The position numbers and the translations under genes are program-made. The notes beneath the pieces are model-generated. The model was not told the DNA's origin and ran no database searches. It saw nothing but the letters and a program-made list of their open reading frames with translations. A DNA stretch of 64,000 nucleotides from Desulfatiglandales bacterium (GTDB taxonomy: Bacteria > Desulfobacterota > DSM-4660 > Desulfatiglandales > HGW-15), in the NCBI GenBank assembly GCA_963667015.2, contig CAXXJJ010000001.1:1952001-2016000 (forward strand), read 5' to 3'. The first letter of the stretch is position 1, and each line of letters starts with the position of its first letter. Positions 28,340-39,083 of the stretch are shown here, one piece after another.

Positions 28340-29587
28340 ATGAAAAAAAATGAAGTGACCGGATCAGAAAATATAGCGACAGAGGAAGAACGGAACGCCC
28401 CGAAACAGCTTTCAAATATTATGATTATGGTGTTTGTGGCGCTTATAGCGTCATTTCCTCCGCTTGCCACAGACCTTTACCTGCCTGCGCTTCCAACAAT
28501 GAGTGAAGAACTGAGCTGCCCTGTTTTACTTGTTAACGCATCATTGTACCTGTTTTTCATTTTTGTAAGCACGAGTTCTTTTTTGTGGGGCCCCCTGTCT
28601 GATAAATACGGGCGTAAACCGATTCTCCTGATTGGTGTTATCCTGTTTGTCGTATCAAGTGTCTTCTGCATGCTCAGCCAGAACGTTTACCAGTTGATAG
28701 CTGCCAGGATTTTCCAGGCAATCGGTGCAGGGTCTGCAATGGCTGTAAATCTTGCCATTGTAAAGGATGTTTTTCCCGGTAAAAAAAGAGAAAGCACCCT
28801 TGCCCTTGCGGCAGTTTTAAACGGTATGATACCGGTTGTGGCACCGTCTCTCGGATCTCTGATAATCATGTATCTTTCATGGCGGGGCACCTTTGGCCTG
28901 CTTGTTATTATAGGTGTAATGGTATTTGTTTTTACTTTGTTTCTTAAGGAAACCAGTAAGGATTTTTCTTCTGAAAGTACTTTTAAAACAACCCTAAGGC
29001 TCTTTGTTGTTTTAAAAAATCCCCATTTTTACAGGCTGGTAATTGTTTTTTCAATAGTATCTATTCCGCTCCTTGCTTATATAGGGGTGTCGTCATTTAT
29101 TTTTGTTCAAAGATTTGGCCTCAGTTCACAGGTGTATAGTATCTATTTTGGGGCAATTGCAGCATTCTATATTATAGGCGGGCCTCTGTATCTTTTATTG
29201 AGGAAGTTTTTCAGGCCGATACCGATTATTACAGCATCTTATCTGGGTTCAATTATAAGTGGTGTCCTTATGGTGACTATTGGCCAGAACAGTCCTTTGC
29301 TTTTTGCCATTTCCGTGGCTCTTGGATATTTATGCGTAAGCGTTAGCCGCCCGCCTTCAAACAGTCTTCTTCTTGAACAGCAGGACAGAGATACAGGTTC
29401 GGCATCTTCTCTTATCCAGGCCATATTCGTACTGACAGGGGCATTTGGAATGATGATTATTTCACTGGACTGGAGCAACCGAATACTGGTGATCGGTCTG
29501 ATGAATATTGTCTTAAGCGCCCTTGGTTTCTTTTTGTGGATTTATACAAAATCAAGGTGCCGTATTCCGAAGCATTTTTTGAAGTAA
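28340..29587 (+). CDS. Bcr/CflA-family MFS efflux transporter
   Basis: TDLYLPALP, GPLSDKYGRKP, about 12 TM. Confidence 0.9.
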   Translation: MKKNEVTGSENIATEEERNAPKQLSNIMIMVFVALIASFPPLATDLYLPALPTMSEELSCPVLLVNASLYLFFIFVSTSSFLWGPLSDKYGRKPILLIGVILFVVSSVFCMLSQNVYQLIAARIFQAIGAGSAMAVNLAIVKDVFPGKKRESTLALAAVLNGMIPVVAPSLGSLIIMYLSWRGTFGLLVIIGVMVFVFTLFLKETSKDFSSESTFKTTLRLFVVLKNPHFYRLVIVFSIVSIPLLAYIGVSSFIFVQRFGLSSQVYSIYFGAIAAFYIIGGPLYLLLRKFFRPIPIITASYLGSIISGVLMVTIGQNSPLLFAISVALGYLCVSVSRPPSNSLLLEQQDRDTGSASSLIQAIFVLTGAFGMMIISLDWSNRILVIGLMNIVLSALGFFLWIYTKSRCRIPKHFLK

Positions 29588-29640
29588 TGAAAATCCAGAA
29601 TTGAAATTCGAACGTTAGATGCCTGAGCAGTGAAAGAATA

Positions 29641-32304
29641 TCACTTGTTTTCAAGCTGATGAAGCAGAGCGCTTTTGATCTCGGAAATCTGAGTGCTGTC
29701 CTCAATTTTCTGACCTTCAAAATCGGTTACGTAGAATATATCTGCGCTCTGGTCTCCCTTGATACCTATTTTGGCGATCCTGATATCAAGGTGAAGCTCA
29801 AACAGCGTTTTTGTAATCTGGTAGAGCAGGCCCACCTTGTCTGTTGAAAATATCTCAATAAGTGTGAAAAAATCGGATGAGCCGTTATCAATGTTTATCT
29901 CAGTGGGTTTTGTCGGTTTCTTAAATGTTCCTACTCCGGGCGGTGCCTTTTCGCTCAACCTGTAGGATACGGCAAGTTTACCGTCTACTATCTTGCCAAA
30001 ATCCCTTTCGATCCTGTTCCAGGTCTCCTGGGGGTTTATACTGTCAAGCGGTTTTGTAACAGAAAAAATGTCAACAGCCGTACCATCCCGCCAGGTATAT
30101 ATATTGGCGTTAAGTATATTGATATTATTAAGTGCCATCACTCCTGCTATGGAAGAGAAAAGTCCCGGCCGGTCTTTGGCAAAAAAACTTACTTCCCAGT
30201 AACCGCCTACCGTGTTTTCCTTGAAGTCAAATATGAAAGGATTGCTCTCTCCGCCGGATAGACGTTTTTTAAGGTCTTCGACCAGTTCCATATGGCGGAC
30301 TGCTTCAGGTGCCGGTGTACTCAGTTTGTATCGGGGAGACATCACCTCAAAGTATTTTTCAACCACCCCCGTCTTCAAACTATCGGCTGTAAGCTTTTTA
30401 AGTTTTCTTTTGAGTTTTACAAGCTTCACAGATATATCCGGTGTGGCAAGTTCACCCCGCTCAAGTATGTGGAGGACCTTAAAAAACAGCTCCTGAACCA
30501 GATTACTGGTCCATTCGTTCCAAACCCTCGGGCCGGTTGCCCTTGAGTCGGCCCATGTAAGCAGATACAGGGCCTTGAGCCTGTCAATAGTTCCTATGGT
30601 CCTGGCGCTCTGTATAATGATCTTCTCATCATTCAGGTCCCTTCTTGTAGCGGTCTCTACAAGAAAAAGATGATATTCTATAAGAAAAAGAATTTCCTCT
30701 TTCAGATCTTCCGGATAACTTACCCTTTCCAGCAGGGTCCTCGCTATTTTCACACCCCTTTTGGAATGACCTTTACCGGTTTTACCTATGTCATGCAGAA
30801 ATGTCGCAAGAAGCAGATGCTCTTTATTTTTTAGATCATTATATGTGTCGACCAGAAGGATATCCTTTTCTTTGGATATGTTTTTTAAATATGAAACAGC
30901 CTCAAGTATATGTCTTCCTACCGGGTATATATGGTAGGCATCAAACTGTACTCTTCCTCTGATATCGCCGAATTCCGGAATAAAGGCATCCAGAAATCCT
31001 GTCTCAAACATCTGGTCCAGTATCTCAACAGCATTGGGACTGTTAAGGATATATAAAAATTTTTTAAATAATTTTTCAGAACTCCTGAACTCGTCATCTA
31101 TAAGGGACAGAAATTCCTTTGTAAGCCTCCTGGCATCCATGGTCAGGGTAATGCCGTATTTGGAACTGACTTCAAATATCCTCATAAGGATACCCGGGTC
31201 CGCCAGTATTGATGTTGCCGAGTTGTAGGCGATCTCATCCTGGTGAAGGTGAAGACCGTTCTTTATATCATTCAGGTCAACATTCACCTTTTTGGGCGGT
31301 TTTTTAACAGCATGCCCGTAAAGGAATGAGCGGTGCAGGATCTTGATGTTTTCCATTGAAGAATGAAGGTCTTCAAGGAAAACCTCGACCGCAGCTGTTT
31401 TGCCATCCCTTTTATAACCCAGACGTTTTGCTATTTCCTCCTGGTAAATAAAATTCAGTCTGTCATTTTTCCTTTTTGAAAGCTGGTGCAGATGGTTCCT
31501 TACATGACAGATAAAATGGACTTCCTTTGTAAGTTCCTGATACTCCTGATATGAAAGTTTGCCAAGGTATTCAAGATCCCTTGAACCCCGGATATCGTAC
31601 AGGGCCTTTGCCATCCAGAGTATGTGGTGATAGTCCCTCAACCCTCCAATGCCGTCTTTAAGGTTCGGCTCAAGCTGATGACTTGCATCGCCATAATTTA
31701 TCATTCTCATGGTGTTTCTGTCCTGGAGCCATCTGATAAACTTGAGGGATTCTTTTTCTATGACCTTTTTCTGGAGGGTGTCCACCATGTTCAGGTAAAG
31801 CAGCGAATCACCGCAGAGGAATCTTGCGTCCATCAGCGAGGTGAGCACTTCATAATCACTGTGTCCAAGCTTGATGCAGTCTTTAATGGTCCTTACACCA
31901 TAGCCAAGCTCAAATCCAAGATCCCACAGGGGATAAAAAAGTTCTCCGGTGAGCTGTTTTGCACTGGACGGAATTTTTTTATTAAATAAAACAAGTATAT
32001 CAATATCAGAATACAGACATAATTCTCTTCTGCCATATCCCCCTACTGCGACAAGGGAAAATGGTATTTTCTTTTTAAACAGTTCCTGTCCTGTTTCACT
32101 TTCCTGAATGCTTATCCTGAAGTAATTATCAATAATCTCCGAATACTCTTCCTGAAAGTCCTCTTTAACTGTTCCATTTGAGAATTGGGAGAATAGAGCA
32201 TCCCTGGACTCTTTGAGTTCAGCATGCGCTGATTGTCTATTCTTTGCGTCCAGGGAATATTCTGTTTCAGAATAAAGTTCTTCGGCTTTATTATCTGCTG
32301 ACAT
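29641..32304 (-). CDS. glnD: PII uridylyltransferase/uridylyl-removing enzyme
   Basis: AVGGYGRRELCLYSDID, EPNLKDGIGGLRD, HD domain (LHDIGK), two ACT domains. Confidence 0.96.
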   Translation of the reverse strand: MSADNKAEELYSETEYSLDAKNRQSAHAELKESRDALFSQFSNGTVKEDFQEEYSEIIDNYFRISIQESETGQELFKKKIPFSLVAVGGYGRRELCLYSDIDILVLFNKKIPSSAKQLTGELFYPLWDLGFELGYGVRTIKDCIKLGHSDYEVLTSLMDARFLCGDSLLYLNMVDTLQKKVIEKESLKFIRWLQDRNTMRMINYGDASHQLEPNLKDGIGGLRDYHHILWMAKALYDIRGSRDLEYLGKLSYQEYQELTKEVHFICHVRNHLHQLSKRKNDRLNFIYQEEIAKRLGYKRDGKTAAVEVFLEDLHSSMENIKILHRSFLYGHAVKKPPKKVNVDLNDIKNGLHLHQDEIAYNSATSILADPGILMRIFEVSSKYGITLTMDARRLTKEFLSLIDDEFRSSEKLFKKFLYILNSPNAVEILDQMFETGFLDAFIPEFGDIRGRVQFDAYHIYPVGRHILEAVSYLKNISKEKDILLVDTYNDLKNKEHLLLATFLHDIGKTGKGHSKRGVKIARTLLERVSYPEDLKEEILFLIEYHLFLVETATRRDLNDEKIIIQSARTIGTIDRLKALYLLTWADSRATGPRVWNEWTSNLVQELFFKVLHILERGELATPDISVKLVKLKRKLKKLTADSLKTGVVEKYFEVMSPRYKLSTPAPEAVRHMELVEDLKKRLSGGESNPFIFDFKENTVGGYWEVSFFAKDRPGLFSSIAGVMALNNINILNANIYTWRDGTAVDIFSVTKPLDSINPQETWNRIERDFGKIVDGKLAVSYRLSEKAPPGVGTFKKPTKPTEINIDNGSSDFFTLIEIFSTDKVGLLYQITKTLFELHLDIRIAKIGIKGDQSADIFYVTDFEGQKIEDSTQISEIKSALLHQLENK

Positions 32305-32319
32305 GATAACCTATTTTAT

Positions 32320-32804
<485 letters not shown>

Positions 32805-32850
32805 CTATCCGATGATACGCCATAAACTTAAAGTATTCTCATGAAGCCGA

Positions 32851-34062
32851 CTATGTAGTATACCCGGTTTCATTGTGCATGCTGATATCCAGACCTCTTT
32901 CTTCATCTTCCGCAGTAACTCTCAATCCAACTACCAGATCAACAACTTTAAGAATTATAAAGGTCATGACAAATGAAAATGCCATTGTGGCTATGACCGA
33001 TTTAAACTGTATCCAGAGCTGCACCGGATTTCCAAAGAACAGGCCGTTGGCTGCGTCGGGATTAACTGCGAGGCTTGCAAAAAGGCCTGTAGCAAGTGCT
33101 CCCCAGATACCTCCAAGGCCGTGTATTCCTACAACATCAAGCGAGTCATCATAGCCCAGTTTGCTTTTAAGCATGACGCCTCCAAAGCAGAGTACCCCGG
33201 CAATTCCACCTATTATTATTGATGCTACAGGGCCGACATATCCGCATGCAGGCGTAATTGCTACGAGTCCCGCTACCGCGCCGCTGGCTGCACCCAGAGT
33301 GGTTGGCTTTCCACTGTGAAACCATTCGGCCAGAACCCATGTAAGAGCGGCAACTGCCGCTGAAATATGCGTTACAACAAATGCATTTGCTGCCAGACCG
33401 TTGCATGCAAGGGCACTTCCGGCATTGAATCCGAACCAGCCGAACCAGAGGAGTGCAGCACCTGTTATTGTCATAGGCAGGTTATGGGGTATGTATGCAG
33501 TACTGCCGTAACCCTTTCTTTTCCCGATCATTAATGCGGCTACAAGGGCTGCTGATCCGGAACTTATGTGGACAACCGTTCCGCCGGCAAAGTCAAGGGC
33601 TCCATCTGCCCCCATCCAGCCACCGCCCCATGCCCAGTGACAGAGCGGGTTGTAGACAATTATTGCCCAGAGCAGTGAAAAGAGCAGAAAGGCACTGAAT
33701 TTCATTCTTTCTGCAAATGCCCCTGTGATAAGGGCCGGTGTAATGATTGCAAACATGCACTGGAATATCATAAAGGACAGGTGGGGTATGGTGCTCCCTT
33801 CCGTGGGAGTCATGCCCACGCCTTTCAGGGCAAAAAAGTCAAAATTGCCGATGATTCCTCCGATATCAGTTCCGAATGACATGGAATATCCTATCAGTAC
33901 CCATTCAATCGTTATAACTCCAAGTAAAATAAAACTGTGCATAATGGTCCCCAGTACATTTTTGTTGCGGACCATTCCTCCGTAAAAAAGTGCCAGCCCG
34001 GGGGTCATCAGCATGACCAGTGCAGCCGACATTAAAACAAAAGCGGTATCTCCTGCGTTCAT
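32851..34062 (-). CDS. amtB: Ammonium transporter
   Basis: MTPGLALFYGG, DFAGGTVVH, WFGWFGFN, DDSLDVVGIHG. Confidence 0.97.
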   Translation of the reverse strand: MNAGDTAFVLMSAALVMLMTPGLALFYGGMVRNKNVLGTIMHSFILLGVITIEWVLIGYSMSFGTDIGGIIGNFDFFALKGVGMTPTEGSTIPHLSFMIFQCMFAIITPALITGAFAERMKFSAFLLFSLLWAIIVYNPLCHWAWGGGWMGADGALDFAGGTVVHISSGSAALVAALMIGKRKGYGSTAYIPHNLPMTITGAALLWFGWFGFNAGSALACNGLAANAFVVTHISAAVAALTWVLAEWFHSGKPTTLGAASGAVAGLVAITPACGYVGPVASIIIGGIAGVLCFGGVMLKSKLGYDDSLDVVGIHGLGGIWGALATGLFASLAVNPDAANGLFFGNPVQLWIQFKSVIATMAFSFVMTFIILKVVDLVVGLRVTAEDEERGLDISMHNETGYTT

Positions 34063-34115
34063 AGTGTTCTCTCCTTCCTCTCCTTTGAAAGTAGATTGTT
34101 TACTATTTAAACATA

Positions 34116-34131
34116 AGCAATGGGTGTGCCA
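34116..34131 (-). promoter_or_regulatory. Sigma54 -24/-12 promoter of amtB-glnB-glnD
   Basis: Minus strand TGGCAC-ACCCA-TTGCT, a consensus match. Confidence 0.85.
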
Positions 34132-34208
34132 TTATGCCCTGAATGGAGAATGTATATATATAACAGTAAGTTGTAGCTAGTGTTCCAGTATGAGAGGTAT
34201 GAACTAAA

Positions 34209-34251
34209 ATACAAAAATGTATATCAGGGTAAATATTGACACAAAAATGTT
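34209..34251. promoter_or_regulatory. Paired putative enhancer-binding-protein sites
   Basis: ACAAAAATGT at 34211 and 34241, 80-120 bp upstream of the sigma54 promoter. Confidence 0.55.
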
Positions 34252-34372
34252 AATTAAAAATGACTTTTAAAGTTGTTAGAAAAATATTTCTATACCTAAT
34301 TCATTATACCATATTCTTGACACTAATATGATGCTTCAATATATTAGTTCAACTAAAAAACAAGGAGGCATT

Positions 34373-37300
34373 ATGCCGAAACTCAAGGACATTAACAAGG
34401 TAATGATTATAAGTTCGGGACCAATCATAATTGGTCAAGCATGTGAATTTGATTATTCAGGGACACAGGCCTGTAAAGCGCTTAGAAAACTTGGCTATGA
34501 AATTGTACTTGCCAATTCAAATCCAGCTACCATTATGACGGATCCGGGAATGGCTGAAGCTACCTATATTGAACCCCTCAACCTTAATATGATGAGGGAG
34601 ATTATAGAAAAAGAAAGACCGGATGCCCTTTTACCAAATCTTGGCGGGCAGTCCGGCCTCAACCTGTCTTCAGAACTTGCCAGGACAGGGGTTCTTGATG
34701 AATTCGGTGTTAAGATAATAGGCATTGAGGTTGATGCAATAAGGCGTGGTGAAGACCGTATAGCCTTCAAGGAAACAATGGATAAACTCGGCATTGAAAT
34801 GCCCAGAAGTAAACCCGCCTTTTCTGTTGAAGAAGCAGAGAAGATTGCTGAAGAACTGGGGTACCCCGTTGTTATTCGGCCTGCATATACCATGGGAGGA
34901 ACCGGCGGCGGGCTTGTATATAATATTGAAGAACTGCGTACTATTGCCTCAAGAGGAATATCCGCAAGCCTGGTAGGGCAGGTCCTGGTGGAAGAATCGG
35001 TTTTAGGGTGGGAAGAGCTTGAGCTTGAGGTCGTAAGAGATGCAAAAAATCAAATGATAACGGTCTGTTTTATTGAAAACGTTGATGCAATGGGCGTTCA
35101 TACTGGTGATTCCTTCTGTACCGCCCCTATGCTTACAATTGATCCCGAACTGCAGAAAAAACTTCAGAAATATTCCTACAATATTGTAGAGGCAATACAG
35201 GTCATCGGCGGAACAAATATCCAGTTTGCCCATAATCCTGAAACAGGAAGGGTTGTGGTTATTGAAATCAATCCCAGGACATCCCGGTCCTCGGCTCTTG
35301 CTTCAAAAGCTACGGGTTTTCCCATTGCTCTTGTTTCATCTCTTTTAGCAGGCGGCATGACGCTGGATGAAATACCCTACTGGAGAGACGGTACTCTCGA
35401 CAAGTATACTCCCTGGGGTGATTATGTTGTGGTTAAATTTGCCCGCTGGGCATTTGAAAAGTTTCAGGGTTCTGAAGATAAACTGGGGACCCAGATGCGC
35501 GCAGTGGGTGAGGTAATGAGCATTGGCAGGAATTATAAAGAGGCATTCCAGAAGGCAATCCGTTCTCTTGAAAACGGCAGGTACGGGCTGGGGTTTGCAA
35601 AGGATTTCAATAAAAAATCTCTTGATCTACTTATGGATATGCTGTCTGAGGCGACAAGCGAGCGCCAGTTCATTATGTATGAAGCACTTCGAAAAGGGGC
35701 AGCGATTGATGACCTTCACAAAAAGACACATATAAAGGCATGGTTTATTGAACAGATGAAAGAGCTGGTGGATCTTGAAAACAGTCTTCTTGAATATAAG
35801 ACAAAGGATTTGCCGGACGATCTTTTCATCAAAGCAAAAAAGGATGGGTTCTCGGACAGGTATCTGTCCCAGATACTTGAAATCCCTGAGGACAAAATCA
35901 GGGAAAAGCGGAAGGCACTGGGCCTTGAAGAGGCATGGGAACCTGTACCGGTAAGCGGTGTTGAAGATGCTGCCTATTACTATTCCACATATAATGCCCC
36001 TGATAAGGTTGAATCAAGCAGTAACAGGAAGATCATGGTGCTTGGTGGCGGACCAAACAGGATAGGGCAGGGCATTGAATTTGACTACTGCTGTGTTCAT
36101 GCCGCCTTTGCTATAAGGGACGAAGGGCTTGAGTCCATAATGGTCAACTGTAATCCTGAGACCGTGTCAACGGACTATGATACCTCCGATAAACTCTATT
36201 TTGAGCCGCTGACAGTTGAGGATGTATTAAGCATATATGAAAAGGAAAAACCCGAAGGTGTGATAGTGCAGTTCGGCGGGCAGACCCCGCTTAATATTGC
36301 ATCCGAGCTTGAAAAGGCAGGTGTGAAAATAATAGGTACTTCCCCGGATGCGATAGACCTTGCTGAAGATCGCGATCGTTTTCGCCAGGTTATGCGCAGG
36401 CTGGGTATACCCCAGCCCGAATCAGGCATGGCCAGCAATCTAGATCAGGCTCTAAAAGTTGCAGAATCTATTGGATATCCGCTTATGGTCAGACCTTCCT
36501 ATGTCCTGGGAGGAAGGGCAATGGAAGTTGTACATGACGAAGAGATGTTGAGGCAGTATGTCAGCGCCGCAGTAGATGTAAGTCCTTCAAGACCCATACT
36601 GATAGATAAATTTCTTGAGAACGCAATAGAAGCGGAGGCTGATGCAATATCTGATGGAAAGGATGCCTTTGTTCCGGCTGTAATGGAGCATATAGAGCTT
36701 GCAGGCGTTCATTCAGGCGATTCAGCATGCGTAATACCCCCGGTGAGCATCCCACAAAAACATATCGATACAATATATGAATATACAAAAAAGATTGCTA
36801 TTGAGCTCAATGTGGTGGGGCTTATGAATATCCAGTATGCTATTGCCAGTGACACAGTTTATATACTGGAGGCTAATCCCAGGGCATCAAGGACCGTACC
36901 GCTTGTATCAAAGGTCTGTAACATCCAGATGGCCCGTATGGCTACACAGGTCATGCTTGGAAAAAGCCTTAAGGACCTTGATATCAGACCGCGGGCAATA
37001 CCTCATTATGGTGTAAAGGAATCTGTTTTCCCGTTTAATATGTTTCCTGAGGTTGATCCAGTCCTTGGTCCTGAGATGCGTTCGACCGGTGAAGTCCTTG
37101 GACTGGCAGACTCATTCGGCCTGGCCTATTATAAGGCCCAGGAAGCAACCCAGCTTGTCCTGCCGTCTGAGGGTACAGTGCTTCTCACTGTTTCCGAAAA
37201 TGACCGTCCTGCTGTTCTTGAATTAGCAAGACAGTTTAAGTCACTCAATTTCAGGATACTGGCAACAAACGGAACATGCCGCTTCCTGAAGGAAAATGAT

Positions 37301-37573
37301 ATAGATGCAGAACCTATCCTGAAGATGCATGAAGGCCGGCCCAATATAGTTGACAGTATCAAAAACGGAGATATCCATCTTGTTATAAATACCCCGTCCG
37401 GCAAACTGAGCAAAAATGATGATTCCTACATAAGGAAGGCTGCCATAAAATATAAGATCCCTTACATTACAACCCTTGCAGCAGGTATTGCCGCAGCAAG
37501 GGGAATCGGTGCATTCCGAAAAGGGCATGGCAGTGTGAAATCGCTTCAGAGTTATCATTCTGACATTAAATAG
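34373..37573 (+). CDS. carB: Carbamoyl-phosphate synthase large subunit
   Basis: SGPIIIGQACEFDYSG, two ATP-grasp halves, GGGPNRIGQGIEFDYCCVH, MGS domain; SD AAGGAGG before ATG 34373. Confidence 0.97.
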   Translation: MPKLKDINKVMIISSGPIIIGQACEFDYSGTQACKALRKLGYEIVLANSNPATIMTDPGMAEATYIEPLNLNMMREIIEKERPDALLPNLGGQSGLNLSSELARTGVLDEFGVKIIGIEVDAIRRGEDRIAFKETMDKLGIEMPRSKPAFSVEEAEKIAEELGYPVVIRPAYTMGGTGGGLVYNIEELRTIASRGISASLVGQVLVEESVLGWEELELEVVRDAKNQMITVCFIENVDAMGVHTGDSFCTAPMLTIDPELQKKLQKYSYNIVEAIQVIGGTNIQFAHNPETGRVVVIEINPRTSRSSALASKATGFPIALVSSLLAGGMTLDEIPYWRDGTLDKYTPWGDYVVVKFARWAFEKFQGSEDKLGTQMRAVGEVMSIGRNYKEAFQKAIRSLENGRYGLGFAKDFNKKSLDLLMDMLSEATSERQFIMYEALRKGAAIDDLHKKTHIKAWFIEQMKELVDLENSLLEYKTKDLPDDLFIKAKKDGFSDRYLSQILEIPEDKIREKRKALGLEEAWEPVPVSGVEDAAYYYSTYNAPDKVESSSNRKIMVLGGGPNRIGQGIEFDYCCVHAAFAIRDEGLESIMVNCNPETVSTDYDTSDKLYFEPLTVEDVLSIYEKEKPEGVIVQFGGQTPLNIASELEKAGVKIIGTSPDAIDLAEDRDRFRQVMRRLGIPQPESGMASNLDQALKVAESIGYPLMVRPSYVLGGRAMEVVHDEEMLRQYVSAAVDVSPSRPILIDKFLENAIEAEADAISDGKDAFVPAVMEHIELAGVHSGDSACVIPPVSIPQKHIDTIYEYTKKIAIELNVVGLMNIQYAIASDTVYILEANPRASRTVPLVSKVCNIQMARMATQVMLGKSLKDLDIRPRAIPHYGVKESVFPFNMFPEVDPVLGPEMRSTGEVLGLADSFGLAYYKAQEATQLVLPSEGTVLLTVSENDRPAVLELARQFKSLNFRILATNGTCRFLKENDIDAEPILKMHEGRPNIVDSIKNGDIHLVINTPSGKLSKNDDSYIRKAAIKYKIPYITTLAAGIAAARGIGAFRKGHGSVKSLQSYHSDIK

Positions 37574-37588
37574 GGAGGAGTGTAAAGA

Positions 37589-39064
37589 ATGGATGGAATA
37601 GTAGGGGTATATGGCAGTGGTGATAATGAACTGGTCAGTAAGGCGTTTTTAGCCACAGGCGCATGTCAGCACAGGGGAAAGGCCAGTACAGGTCTTGCAG
37701 TAGGAAGCCGTAAAGGTATCTACATACACAAGGGGCTTGGCAGGATAGCCGAAATTATTGACGATAGATTGGTTAAAATTTTTCAGGACCTTTCACCCAT
37801 GGCGGCAATAGGGAATATAGGCTATACAAAGGGTGCTGTTGCCGAAAAGATTAATGCCGAACCAATTGAAATATCACCCTATTCAGGCTCAAAATACAAA
37901 GTCGTTGTTACGATGGATGGTTATCTCAGGGGGAAGAGAGACCTGATCAGTGAGCTTGAAGAGGATTACAGGCTGCAGACAAGTAATAAAACAGAAATAA
38001 TAGGCGCCCTTCTACATAAATACATCAGCCAGGAAGGGGTCAGTTTTGAAGCGGGTGAGAAACTCCTGGAGAAACTGGATGGAAGGGCAACATTTGCACT
38101 GACCGCACTTATATATGACGGAAAAGAGACACACCTTATTACCCTGAATGATGCAAAGGCGTTTGAACCCTTTTGTTATGGAATGATCAATGGAACATTC
38201 GTCGCCAGTTCGGAATCATGCTCCCACAGGCGTCTGGGTGGAACCATAGAAAAGGAATATGAAGGTGCTGAGATGACAATCTGCAGTGATTCGGGTATCA
38301 GGACCAGGAGATTGAGAGAAGAGCAGATGAGTCCTGATGTGTTTCAGGGGGTCTATTTTGGAAATGTAGCCTCTCTATACAGGGGAAAGGAGATATTCCA
38401 GATAAGGAGAGAACTCGGGCTTAAGCTGGTTGAATATTATAAAGGATCGAGTGCAGATATTGTTATTCCAAACCCGGAATCAGGGTGGGGAGTAACCGTT
38501 GGGGTTGCAGAGGGATTAAAGAAAAACCTGTTCCCGGCCCTTATAAAGCTTCCACAGGCCGTAAGGACCTTCCAGGAAGGGGAACGGTCCTCAAGGACAA
38601 AGGAAGTAGGCCTGAAATTCGGCGGTATTGATTCGATCCTTAATGGCAGGCGAATCGCCATGGGTGATGACAGTATTGTAAGGGGCAGTGTAAGTGAAGG
38701 CGGTTCGGTGTGGGTTGTTTATAACGCAGGCGCAAAATACATCGAATTCTGGATATCCTATGGCCCCATGGCTTTCCCTTCCTTCAAGGAATGGCACAGG
38801 GGAATAAAATGTCTTCATGAACTGGCTGTCCAGAGGGCATTTAAGGATGACAATCCCTATGATAAATCCATGGATGAAATCAACAAAGCAGTGGCTAAAC
38901 TCGTTGGTGTTGATGAGGTGATGTACAACACCCTTGAAGGTATAAGGGATGTGGCCGGAGACGGTTCTTTTCAGGCCCTTGACGCCAGTTACCCTATAGC
39001 TGAGAAATACTGGCCCGACTGGCTCAAGTTAGAATATGAACGGTTTGTCAGGTATCGGTCATAG
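37589..39064 (+). CDS. purF: Amidophosphoribosyltransferase-like protein lacking the N-terminal catalytic Cys
   Basis: MDGIVG (vs MCGIVG), QHRG, ASSES, IPNPESG, RTF, DDSIVRG. Confidence 0.75.
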   Translation: MDGIVGVYGSGDNELVSKAFLATGACQHRGKASTGLAVGSRKGIYIHKGLGRIAEIIDDRLVKIFQDLSPMAAIGNIGYTKGAVAEKINAEPIEISPYSGSKYKVVVTMDGYLRGKRDLISELEEDYRLQTSNKTEIIGALLHKYISQEGVSFEAGEKLLEKLDGRATFALTALIYDGKETHLITLNDAKAFEPFCYGMINGTFVASSESCSHRRLGGTIEKEYEGAEMTICSDSGIRTRRLREEQMSPDVFQGVYFGNVASLYRGKEIFQIRRELGLKLVEYYKGSSADIVIPNPESGWGVTVGVAEGLKKNLFPALIKLPQAVRTFQEGERSSRTKEVGLKFGGIDSILNGRRIAMGDDSIVRGSVSEGGSVWVVYNAGAKYIEFWISYGPMAFPSFKEWHRGIKCLHELAVQRAFKDDNPYDKSMDEINKAVAKLVGVDEVMYNTLEGIRDVAGDGSFQALDASYPIAEKYWPDWLKLEYERFVRYRS

Positions 39065-39083
39065 ATTAAGGAGAAGTGCGGAT

